Source: a virus. Taken from it: a stretch of 64,000 nucleotides of DNA. The position numbers and the translations under genes were made by a program. Location: IMG/VR virus record IMGVR_UViG_3300044511_000013, positions 8,438-72,437 of that record. One strand, 5' to 3'. Below are positions 19,841 to 28,535 of this stretch, piece after piece. Each line of letters begins with the position of its first letter. Within the stretch, counting starts at the first letter, position 1. The notes under the pieces were generated by a model. The model saw nothing but the letters and a program-made list of their open reading frames with translations, did no database searches and had not been told where the DNA came from.

Positions 19841-19879
19841 CCCGGCCAGCGTACGAGTGTGCGCCGTGCAGGTGTTGCT

Positions 19880-21136
19880 CTAGCCGAGCAAGCGGAACCG
19901 GAGCTGATCCCGAGCCTCGTCGTTGCAACCGAGGCACGGTGTGCGCTTCTTCAGGTCCGCCCCGATGCCCACTCCGGGGATGCCCCAGTCCTCGGTGAAC
20001 TGGTTGGCCTCCACGAGCACGTCGAGGATGCTGGCGTTCACCCGGCGTATCGGCAACTTGATGTCGCCTTCCTTGTTGTCCTCAAGGTCCACCGCCACGG
20101 CAGCCGCCCAACGGTGGTGGCCGTCGATCACGTAGTTGTCGGCCGACACGAAGATGGAGCCCGAGCCCAGGTCCATCGAGCCGTCCTTGATGCTCGCCAC
20201 CATCCCGGCGACGTTGGCACCGTCCAGCTCATTCTGCGTGGCCTTCAGGTAGCTCGCCAGCTCGGACCCCTCGGACACGTCGATGCCCTTTGACTCCATG
20301 TGCTGGACGAACTGTTCGGCGAGGTTGACCCGGCCCTTGTTGTCCCGAGGCTGCTTGTCGGCCTCAGACCCCTCGACCGGCGTCTTGGTGGTGAACTGCG
20401 GCATCTTGAGCCTGGGGATGCCCTTCGATTCGGTGCAGAACAAGTTGGTCCCCGGCACCGACACCTTGCACAGGTCGTAGGTGGGGGCCTTCTCGCCCTT
20501 GGCCACGGCGTCGTCCACTATCTCCTTGAGCTTGCTCAGCAACGTGCTGACTTCCCGCTTCGAGGAGAGTTCGACGTGGTACCCCTCGGCCAGCGCCTTG
20601 ACGGCCTCGTCGACCGTCTTGGCCCGCACGGTCTCGCCCTTCTTGGGCTTGCGGCCTCCGTACGCCTCCAGCTCGGCCTTGGCCTCCGCCTTGCCCGGAG
20701 ACTGGCCTTGCTCCGCCCACCTCGCTGCATCGAGCGTGTCGAGCCGAGGCCGGGAGAGACGGCTGCGCAACCGGTCCCGGAGGGTGGAGCGCTGCTTCGT
20801 CTTCTTCGGGCCGCCGCCACCGATGCCCCCGGTGTGCTGATTGCCCCGGAACTTGTGGCCTACGGCCTCGCCCTTGGCCAACTTCTGCTTGCGGTACTCA
20901 TCGAGCACCTCGTAGTACTGCTCTCGGGTGAAGGCACCCCGGTCGTTGGCAGCGTCCACGGCAAACCACGTGTGTGACCGATCAACCTCAAAGGCGTAGC
21001 CGTCCCAGCCGTTCTGCCAGTTCCGGCGCACCGAGTAGGGCACTTCCTCGTGCCGCACAAAGGGGTACGAGAGGATGAGCGCCTTCTGCGCTGGCCAGTC
21101 GCCCTTCAGATCGAGCAGGTCGGTTTCGAGGCTCAT
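19880..21136 (-). CDS. Tagged ParB/Srx-like domain protein
   Basis: Start MSLETDL (ATGA overlap); KGEAVGHKFRGNQH tag; LKATQ.EL and IFVS.DNYVIDGHHRWAA. Confidence 0.7.
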   Translation of the reverse strand: MSLETDLLDLKGDWPAQKALILSYPFVRHEEVPYSVRRNWQNGWDGYAFEVDRSHTWFAVDAANDRGAFTREQYYEVLDEYRKQKLAKGEAVGHKFRGNQHTGGIGGGGPKKTKQRSTLRDRLRSRLSRPRLDTLDAARWAEQGQSPGKAEAKAELEAYGGRKPKKGETVRAKTVDEAVKALAEGYHVELSSKREVSTLLSKLKEIVDDAVAKGEKAPTYDLCKVSVPGTNLFCTESKGIPRLKMPQFTTKTPVEGSEADKQPRDNKGRVNLAEQFVQHMESKGIDVSEGSELASYLKATQNELDGANVAGMVASIKDGSMDLGSGSIFVSADNYVIDGHHRWAAAVAVDLEDNKEGDIKLPIRRVNASILDVLVEANQFTEDWGIPGVGIGADLKKRTPCLGCNDEARDQLRFRLLG

Positions 21137-22572
21137 CCCGCCGCCACCAGTCGACCACCTTGCGTGCCATCCCACACCTGCCAGCCTCGATCGGCGAGGT
21201 GCTTGACCTCCTCGAAGGCACGCCGGTTCACGCTCGAATACACCGGGTCCCGTGACTCCTCGACCACGCTCTCGGGCACATAGCGCCCGCCAAGGGGCGT
21301 CAACAGCGAGTCCATGTAGCGCTTCCTGATCCGCTGCTTCGACACCTCCACCGGCACGTCCATGAACAACAACCGGAGCTTGTACTTCGGGCCGTTGTCA
21401 TCGAGGAGCGGCTTGAGCCGCTTGTGAACCTGGCCGGGGTTGCTCATGGTGATGTCCCAGATGAAGTTCACACCAACCTCGCTGGCTGCGTCAGCGAGCC
21501 TCTTGGACAAGTCGGCAGCCTCCTCGTGGTACAGCTCGGCCAGCTCCATGGGCTTGAAGTAGTCAAGCTCCTCGAACTCATCGGGCAGCCCCGCTCGCTC
21601 CGCCAAGATGACCTTGAGGTCGTCGTTGCTGATGTTGAGGTACAGCTCCTTGGGCAGCCCCGCCCTCGGGTCCTTGAGCATCGTTGACTTCCCGGCACCA
21701 GGCAGGCCACCGGTCATGGCCACCTCGGCCTGGCGAGGCACGTTGGCGGCTTCCGCCATGATCTCGTCGATGATCTCGTCGTGGAGCTTGCGGCGCTCAG
21801 CGATGTAGCCACCGGTCTCGGGGTCGGTGTAGTACCCCTTCGTGTCGAGTCCGGCGTCCATGTAGCGCTTGTTGGTTGCGGTCACGAGTTCGAGGTGATC
21901 CAGGACCGCCTCGGTCAGCTCGCCAGTGGCGTCGTAGTGCGCCACGGCCTCCTTCACCCACGGCTCATCGTTGGTCCACGGTTCGACGGGCCTGCCGGGC
22001 TTCGAGGTAACCCGGCTGAGTGCGTGGGATGCGGTCGGTGGGGTCTTCCCCCGTGACGGCACCTTGACGTACTGATTCCCACGGAAGGGATGACCCTCGA
22101 AGTCACCCTTGGCCAGGTCGTCGGCGTCGAGGTACTCACGGTGCCCCGAACCGCCGACCGAGAAGCCCTTGTAGCGCCCCGACTTGACCTCTTGCCACAC
22201 CCGGTCGTCCCGGACCTTGAAGCCGACCCACCAGGCCATCGGCAGCGTGCCGTCGGGCACGCCCATCTTGGCCAACTTCTCCGGTGTGAAGGCCATGGAC
22301 TCCACCAGGTCGGCCACCGGCACGTCGTAGTGCATCTCGTCGCCGAGGCGTGACTCCAGAGCGAAGTGGTACGCCATGTCCTCCAGCTCGGCCGGGTCGT
22401 CGATGAAGTCGCCTTGCTTGTCGATGCGCAGCGAGCCGTCCGGGTTGGTCGCTCGGTAGGCCCAGCCGAACACGAGCCTGCGGTCCTCATCGAGCTTGAG
22501 CACGTCGTCAGTGGCGTCGGCGAACTCGGTCTCACCGAGCAACCGTTGACGGAGCATGGCCCGAGATGTCAT
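21133..22572 (-). CDS. XkdF-type prohead protease fused to a zeta-toxin-like P-loop kinase
   Basis: RLVFGWA..D.QGD..EMH..WWVGFKV.DD.VW..VKSG.YKGFSVGG; then tag; then GGLPGAGKS, ISNDDLK, WDITM, DVPVEVS..R..R..GGRYVPE. Confidence 0.8.
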   Translation of the reverse strand: MTSRAMLRQRLLGETEFADATDDVLKLDEDRRLVFGWAYRATNPDGSLRIDKQGDFIDDPAELEDMAYHFALESRLGDEMHYDVPVADLVESMAFTPEKLAKMGVPDGTLPMAWWVGFKVRDDRVWQEVKSGRYKGFSVGGSGHREYLDADDLAKGDFEGHPFRGNQYVKVPSRGKTPPTASHALSRVTSKPGRPVEPWTNDEPWVKEAVAHYDATGELTEAVLDHLELVTATNKRYMDAGLDTKGYYTDPETGGYIAERRKLHDEIIDEIMAEAANVPRQAEVAMTGGLPGAGKSTMLKDPRAGLPKELYLNISNDDLKVILAERAGLPDEFEELDYFKPMELAELYHEEAADLSKRLADAASEVGVNFIWDITMSNPGQVHKRLKPLLDDNGPKYKLRLLFMDVPVEVSKQRIRKRYMDSLLTPLGGRYVPESVVEESRDPVYSSVNRRAFEEVKHLADRGWQVWDGTQGGRLVAAG

Positions 22573-23516
22573 TGGTCCAGTATCGCCTTGCGGAGCCGGT
22601 CACGGGCGCTCTTGGGGCCGATGTGAAACACCCGGCCGAGCGACGCATGGTGCGAGCCGGTCACGTCGTAGGCGTTGTCTGCGTCCGAGCTGGCCTGGGC
22701 CATGGCAGGTCGCTGCCGCCGTGCCTTGAGCAGTCGGACGAGCGCAGCCAGCCGCTTGCGCAGCTCCTCGGGCAGTAGCAGCACCTTCTGTGGGCCGAAG
22801 TAGCCCCGCTGGATCAGGAAGGCGTTCTGGCCCCGCAGCTCGGTGGCCGCAGCCTTGGCGGCCTCGGTGCTGAACATCGACAAGTGAGCCTGGTAGGCGG
22901 CCTCCTCACCGTGCCGGTCGAACGCACGGCCGGTCCCGAGGTGGCCGAAGGCATCGTGCACCGCCCGGAACTTGTCATTCTGTTCGTTGGTGAGGTACGG
23001 GTGACCCCCGGTGGCCTCCGTCTTCAGAATCTTGAGCCGGTTGTGGCTAAGGAAGTCATCGAGCATCTCGGCGTAGTTCGCATACGGGTCGTCGTCGGTG
23101 TACTCGATCTTGATGCCGAGCTGATCGGTCAGGATCGAATACTGCTTGTCCAGCTCGCCGATCAGTGCCTCGTAGGCCCGCCGAACCTCTGCATCCGGCA
23201 CGGCGTCCTCGGGGGCCTCCTCGTAGAACTTGGCGATGGCCTCCCGCCGCTCCGGCGTGATCGCCCGTGTAGCGCTCCAGTCACGCTGATCGCCGTGGAA
23301 CTTCTTGAGGGCCTTGACCGGCGTGGCCATGACCATCTCGACGCCATCGTGCGACGTGATGGATCGGACCTGGCCCGAGACCTTGACGTACTGATTCCCC
23401 CGGAAGGGATGACCCTCGTAGTCGCCCTTCTTGATCCGTGCGAGTTGCCGCTCGTCGTCGTCCTCACTCGTGTCGAACGGCCACACGCTGATCTCGTCCA
23501 GCCCGAGGTACTTCAT
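22569..23516 (-). CDS. Tagged protein with NDxFRAVHDxFGH domain (possible zincin-like)
   Basis: Start MKYLG (ATGA overlap); KGDYEGHPFRGNQY; NDKFRAVHDAFGH..GEEAAY..H..MFS..TE.RGQN. Confidence 0.6.
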   Translation of the reverse strand: MKYLGLDEISVWPFDTSEDDDERQLARIKKGDYEGHPFRGNQYVKVSGQVRSITSHDGVEMVMATPVKALKKFHGDQRDWSATRAITPERREAIAKFYEEAPEDAVPDAEVRRAYEALIGELDKQYSILTDQLGIKIEYTDDDPYANYAEMLDDFLSHNRLKILKTEATGGHPYLTNEQNDKFRAVHDAFGHLGTGRAFDRHGEEAAYQAHLSMFSTEAAKAAATELRGQNAFLIQRGYFGPQKVLLLPEELRKRLAALVRLLKARRQRPAMAQASSDADNAYDVTGSHHASLGRVFHIGPKSARDRLRKAILDQ

Positions 23517-26500
23517 GCGCTGCCTCCCGGTGCGAGTGTGGCGTCCAGGTCGGTCTCCAGCTCCTTCTCCAGGTACCAATGCCAGGAGTTCAGGCCGGTA
23601 CTGACATGCCGCCACTTCCAGCCCTCCGGTGGAGGCGTCTTGGGGTGGAAGCCAGCAACCTTCTCGCTGGTGCTAGTGACGATCATCTCGTGCACCAGGC
23701 TCTTGTACGCCATCTTGAGCTTGTGGGCCACATTGAGCGGGCCTTGGAACACCGCCTTGTCGTACTCGTTTAGCGCATACCCCATCGTGATGGCCGCCTG
23801 GGCTTCTACGGAATCGGAGGACCAGCCGCCCGTCTCGGTGAAGTGCTCCGAGGCTACCAAGGCCGGGGGCAGCAGAGCTTTCGTGGCAGGGATGCGCTCC
23901 AGGTACCACTGGTTCTGGACTATGCCGCTGCCGAGGTACCGCCACCTCCAGCCCTTCGGTGTCGCCACCTTGGTCAGATCGGGTCCGGCTGTGGTCCAGG
24001 AGGCGTGAAGTTCGTTGTAGGCATTCCACGCCGCCGCCAGCGTCATGCCCCAGTTGTCGTAGAGGTAGTTGGGGTCGACGGACCAGGCATCCGATGCCGT
24101 GTCCCATGAGCTGTAGCCGAACGTGGCCGCCGCTTTCGCCTTGGCCCCCCCGACCTTCCATCCTGACTGGGTGAGCTGACCGGTCAATGTGAGGTAGTGC
24201 GGAAGTTCGTGGGGCTTCGCAGCGCTCGGACCACTGGGATCGGGCTTCTCGGCAACCGGCCCGTCGGGGTCGTAGTCGAGGAACCACTGCCTCGCCACCA
24301 GGCCCGTACCGATGTGACGCCACGCCCAGCCTTTCGGCGTGACGAGCTGGGCAACGGCGTCTTGCTTGATCCAGCCGCCCGGCGAGTCCTCCGAGAGGTT
24401 CGTCATGGCGGTGTAGGCATCTGCAATCTCATTCGGGCTCACGTTTCCGCTCCCGTCCAGCGGTGCGTTGGGCGTGAACACCTCACTCCAGTCGGCCCAG
24501 CCGAGCGTGATCGCAGCCTTGTCCTCGTCCTCGATGGTGTGAAGCCAACCGATCTCGTCCGGGTAATCCACGTCGTCTGCCACCCACTGCCAGGCACCCG
24601 ATTCGGTGATCCACTTGGGCACCTTGTCGGCAGGACCTGGCAGAAGCTGAGGATGGTCGGGTTGATCGGGTTGATCTATCGGAACCGGGTTCTCGGTGGC
24701 GATCTTGAGCCCGTAGTTATACGCCATGGCTCTGTGGGCATCTCCCGCCATGACCGACCAAGCAAACCCCGGTGGGGCGATCGGCAAGGGGTTCCCGGCC
24801 ACGACGGCAACGGGGTGCACGAACTCCCCCTCCACTGTGCTGCCGTCGCCCCAGGTGATCCAGCTCCCGGCAACCGGTTGGCTCAGAGTGCTGCCGTAGC
24901 CCTCCTGGTAGTAGCTACTCACGAAGTCTTTGTGGACTTCGGAGAACTGGTTGGCGAACTCGGCGATGCTCTTGGGCGGCGAGTACGTCTTCCCGTTCCA
25001 CTCGATCCCCAGCTCCTGAGCCAGCGGCTTCTCCGGGGCCTCCGGGGTCTCGGTCGAAGCCGCCAGCGCCGCTCCCATCACCGTGTCGGGGTCGGCCAAC
25101 CGCTCGGGTATCTTCTGCGCCAGCCACTTGCTGTGGGAGATGTAGGGCTTGCTGGAGGTGGGCAAGGCCACGAACTCAGGACTGGTGGTCTGGACCGTGC
25201 GCCCAGGACCGGTCGAGAGGTTCGTGGGCACCAGCACCCAGTCTTGCGGCATCGCCCGGTAGTCGTCCAATGAGGCCCATTCGGTCCTGGCCCACTTGTA
25301 CCCCTCGGGCGGATCGAAGTCGTACGGGTGGCCCAAGGTGTCCAGCTCGGTCGGGTGGATCACAAAGTCGGTCCCCGGATAGGTCAAGGTGGACGCAGGC
25401 AGGTCGACTCCGGGCTTCAGGTCGGGCTTCTGAATCCACATCTTGGTACCCAACTCGTAGGTCTTGGGGACCTTGAGCTGCCATCGCATTCCTTGCACCG
25501 GCAGCAGGTTCGGTATGTCACTGCTGCACTGCTGCCACCTGTTGTCGGCGACCAGCTCGGGGTTGCGAGCCACGCCCTTCTCGGCCTGGGACCACGCTGG
25601 CGCACGGATACCCGAGGAGAGAAGGGGCCTGCTGGCCAAGCGGCTGGCCTGCGCCTCCACCGCCGACGATTGGGTCACGCCCTTGAAGGGGTCGATCACA
25701 CCGACCTGGCGGATGTCGACAACCCACGCACCTGAGAACTCGCTGTTCGAGTCGTGCCTCGGCGTGATCGCAGTGACCTCGTAGCGACCGCCCGTGGCCC
25801 ACTCGTGTTCGGAGACGAATGCGGGGGACTGGCCGACATCCTTCCAGTGCTGATTGAACTTGAACGCCTTGGCTCCCGGAGCCAGCCGGAAGATGATCGA
25901 GTGCGGGTTGTTGCCCGCATAGCTACGAGCCATGGACTTCGATGTCGTGAAGCCCCAGGCAGGCACGTCGATGACCGCACCGGGAAACAGGTTGGCCTTC
26001 TCCCGGAGCGTGTCGAGGTCGGTCACGTCCCCGATCTTCAGCTTGGCCTTGCCCCGGTACAACGGCTGCGTCGTCGGAGCGCTCACCTTGATCCGCTCCA
26101 GCATGGCCAAGGCCGGGGCCAGGTCAACCTGGTCGTACCTGAACTGGCGTACGACCGGCTTGTAGCCGGTGACCGCCTCGATGGCCTTGCGGATGGCGGT
26201 CGGGCTGCCTTGCCAACTGTGGATGGCGTAGTCGAGTGCCTTCCCTTCCGACCCGCCCCACTGCGTCTCTTGCAGCAACGCCCGGTACTGCCCCAGGCTG
26301 AGCGGCATCCCGGTCTTGTGGCTGGGGCCGTAGACCTTGAGCTTCTTAGCGGCCGCCTTCTTGGCTGCCTTCTTGGCAGTGGCCGCCCACTGGGTGAGCA
26401 TGTTGCCGTCATCGAGCTGATCCCGGCCACCTCGTGAAGGCACCTTGACGTACTGATTGCCCCGGAACGGGTGTCCTTCGTAGTCGCCCTTCTCGAACTC

Positions 26501-26521
26501 GACGACCTCGGTCAGTTCCAC
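23513..26521 (-). CDS. Tagged ADP-ribosyltransferase-like protein with Trp-rich C-terminal repeats
   Basis: N-terminal tag; LYRG, GFTTS..MA..YA, IIFRL..GAK, EHEW follow the R-S-ExE ART pattern. Confidence 0.7.
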   Translation of the reverse strand: MELTEVVEFEKGDYEGHPFRGNQYVKVPSRGGRDQLDDGNMLTQWAATAKKAAKKAAAKKLKVYGPSHKTGMPLSLGQYRALLQETQWGGSEGKALDYAIHSWQGSPTAIRKAIEAVTGYKPVVRQFRYDQVDLAPALAMLERIKVSAPTTQPLYRGKAKLKIGDVTDLDTLREKANLFPGAVIDVPAWGFTTSKSMARSYAGNNPHSIIFRLAPGAKAFKFNQHWKDVGQSPAFVSEHEWATGGRYEVTAITPRHDSNSEFSGAWVVDIRQVGVIDPFKGVTQSSAVEAQASRLASRPLLSSGIRAPAWSQAEKGVARNPELVADNRWQQCSSDIPNLLPVQGMRWQLKVPKTYELGTKMWIQKPDLKPGVDLPASTLTYPGTDFVIHPTELDTLGHPYDFDPPEGYKWARTEWASLDDYRAMPQDWVLVPTNLSTGPGRTVQTTSPEFVALPTSSKPYISHSKWLAQKIPERLADPDTVMGAALAASTETPEAPEKPLAQELGIEWNGKTYSPPKSIAEFANQFSEVHKDFVSSYYQEGYGSTLSQPVAGSWITWGDGSTVEGEFVHPVAVVAGNPLPIAPPGFAWSVMAGDAHRAMAYNYGLKIATENPVPIDQPDQPDHPQLLPGPADKVPKWITESGAWQWVADDVDYPDEIGWLHTIEDEDKAAITLGWADWSEVFTPNAPLDGSGNVSPNEIADAYTAMTNLSEDSPGGWIKQDAVAQLVTPKGWAWRHIGTGLVARQWFLDYDPDGPVAEKPDPSGPSAAKPHELPHYLTLTGQLTQSGWKVGGAKAKAAATFGYSSWDTASDAWSVDPNYLYDNWGMTLAAAWNAYNELHASWTTAGPDLTKVATPKGWRWRYLGSGIVQNQWYLERIPATKALLPPALVASEHFTETGGWSSDSVEAQAAITMGYALNEYDKAVFQGPLNVAHKLKMAYKSLVHEMIVTSTSEKVAGFHPKTPPPEGWKWRHVSTGLNSWHWYLEKELETDLDATLAPGGSA

Positions 26522-26525
26522 CAGG

Positions 26526-28535
26526 TCATTCTGGCAGGAGCCGGTCCCGAAGTGACGCTCTGCGCTCGGCGTCCTCGACGGTCTCGTCGTCCAGTGCAGG
26601 GTCGTGCGGATACCCGGAACAGGACTGCTCGAACTCGACGATGGCGATGATCTTCGGCTTCTCAGCCTTGGTCACGGGGGCATCGTGCTCGGCCATGGCC
26701 ACCACCTTCGTCACCATGTTCATCATGTACGGGTTGAGCTTGCGTTCCTTGCCCTTGGTGACCTTGTACTTGTCGGCGTACATGTAGGCGAAGGTCTCGG
26801 CGAAGTGCTCCGCCCCGGAATCCTTGGCGTACTCGCTTGGGGTCGGGGCTGAATGAGCACCGGGGAACCCCAGCGACTGGTCGAGGCCCTCGTGCAGCAC
26901 CGTGCCGTTGAACTGCCACAGCTCTCCGGCCTCGGGCAGCTTGAGGTTCTCGGTCAGCCACCGCTGCCTGGCTCGGTTGTAGATGGCGTGCCCCATCTCA
27001 TGCAAGAGGATGCCCGACAACCCCGAGTCGGTGGCCAGCCAACCCGTCTTCATGCTCTGGTCGCTGGAGGCCGGGGAGTGCTGTGAATTGAGCCCGATCC
27101 CGTGCACAAAGCGGTACTTGGAGTCGGCTTGCTGAGCTATGCCCATCGTGGTCGCCCCGCCACATTCTGCGCCGAGAGTGGCGTTGTACTCCCCGAGCCG
27201 GAAGGCATCGAGGCCCCGGAGCGTCTCGGGGAAGTCCTGAGCGACCTTGCGCAGTGTCTTGGCCATCGCCTCGATGTCGGCTTCAGTGACCCCTTCGGTG
27301 GCCCCGGTCACTTGCCACCCAGGAGGCCATTTGGAGGGATCGGATTTGAGCTGAACCTTGGCGTTGGGCATGTAGCGCTGGAACTCCTGCGTCAGGCGTT
27401 TCGTCGTCGGTGAGTCGCCGCCGCTCACGTGATCAAAGAACAACTGGTTGACGTACTTCGGGTGCTTGGCCGTCTGGTGGAAGCCATGGACCCCCGGCAT
27501 CGGGTTGTTCCCGGCGCTCGGCACCTTGATGTACTGGTTGCCTCTGAAGGGGTGACCGGGGTAGTCGCCCTTGATGAGCCACTCGGACGGCTTGGTCTTG
27601 CGTGCCCGCCGCCGTGCCCGCTCTGCGATGAAGTTCTCCCGCCAGGCATCGAGCGACTCTCGGGCTCGGTCCTCGGCCTCCCGCCGTTGTTCCTGGTAGG
27701 TCTTCTGGCGTGGCTTCCGCCGTCTGCCGAACAACGGGTCGATGTCCCAGTTGGGTCCCAAGCCCATCGACGGCACCTTGAGCTGCCGTGACTCCAGCAC
27801 CATGCGCCAGCGTGATGCGTTCGATGGGCTGATCCCGGCCTTGAGCCAAGCCCGCTCCACCTCGTCCACGTCGACATCGAGTATCCGCCTCAGCGAACTG
27901 AGTGCCTGATCGTCGGTCATCCGGCCGTACATGAGCTTGCCTTGATTGGACGTGCGCATCGTCTCGGGCTCAACCCACGGCCCGATGCTGAAGCTGTCCT
28001 TGGTACCGCCCATCGCCCGGAAGGCCATCGCCCCACCGGACTCGATGCGCACCGGCATCCCGGCCTCGTCCACGAGCGTGTTGTCTTGCTCCAGCCCGTG
28101 CACGTCCCAGTGCGAGAGCCAAGCGTCGATCCCGAAGTCCCGAGCGGCCCGCTCCTGGAGCGTGGCGTTGCTGGCCCACTCGGAGGCGCTCGCCTGGCGG
28201 AGTCCCTCGATCTTCTTGCTGATGATGACCGGACGGCCCGAGTCGTCGTGGTCGAACCTCGTCAGAGGGAAGTGCACCCCCGCCATGCGGTAGACGATGC
28301 CCCCGGCGATCTCATTCTGCACGTGGTCTTCGCTCTTGCCCGGCTTGACCAGGTAGCGCTGGCCCTCGGCGTCCTCGTACCACTGGCCGCCTTGGCTGCC
28401 GAGCGGACCCTTGACCTTTTTCATCCGCTTGATCGTGTCGTAGCCGGGAATGCCGCCCGTGTGCTGATTGCCACGGAACGGGTGCCCCTCGGCTTCGCCC
28501 TTGAGCAACCGGTAGCGCAGGCCAACCCTTGTCAT
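26526..28535 (-). CDS. Two-tag protein: HipA/PI3K-like kinase + HExxH metallopeptidase
   Basis: Start MTRVG (ATGA overlap); GSQGG..YLVK..NE..DAWL.HWD...DN..VRIESG; second tag; LLHEMGH..SEYA....EHFAE. Confidence 0.7.
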   Translation of the reverse strand: MTRVGLRYRLLKGEAEGHPFRGNQHTGGIPGYDTIKRMKKVKGPLGSQGGQWYEDAEGQRYLVKPGKSEDHVQNEIAGGIVYRMAGVHFPLTRFDHDDSGRPVIISKKIEGLRQASASEWASNATLQERAARDFGIDAWLSHWDVHGLEQDNTLVDEAGMPVRIESGGAMAFRAMGGTKDSFSIGPWVEPETMRTSNQGKLMYGRMTDDQALSSLRRILDVDVDEVERAWLKAGISPSNASRWRMVLESRQLKVPSMGLGPNWDIDPLFGRRRKPRQKTYQEQRREAEDRARESLDAWRENFIAERARRRARKTKPSEWLIKGDYPGHPFRGNQYIKVPSAGNNPMPGVHGFHQTAKHPKYVNQLFFDHVSGGDSPTTKRLTQEFQRYMPNAKVQLKSDPSKWPPGWQVTGATEGVTEADIEAMAKTLRKVAQDFPETLRGLDAFRLGEYNATLGAECGGATTMGIAQQADSKYRFVHGIGLNSQHSPASSDQSMKTGWLATDSGLSGILLHEMGHAIYNRARQRWLTENLKLPEAGELWQFNGTVLHEGLDQSLGFPGAHSAPTPSEYAKDSGAEHFAETFAYMYADKYKVTKGKERKLNPYMMNMVTKVVAMAEHDAPVTKAEKPKIIAIVEFEQSCSGYPHDPALDDETVEDAERRASLRDRLLPE

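Noticed and set aside
21133-22110. Zeta domain as a classical epsilon-zeta toxin-antitoxin module
   Set aside because: It is fused to the prohead protease inside the head operon, with no adjacent small antitoxin gene
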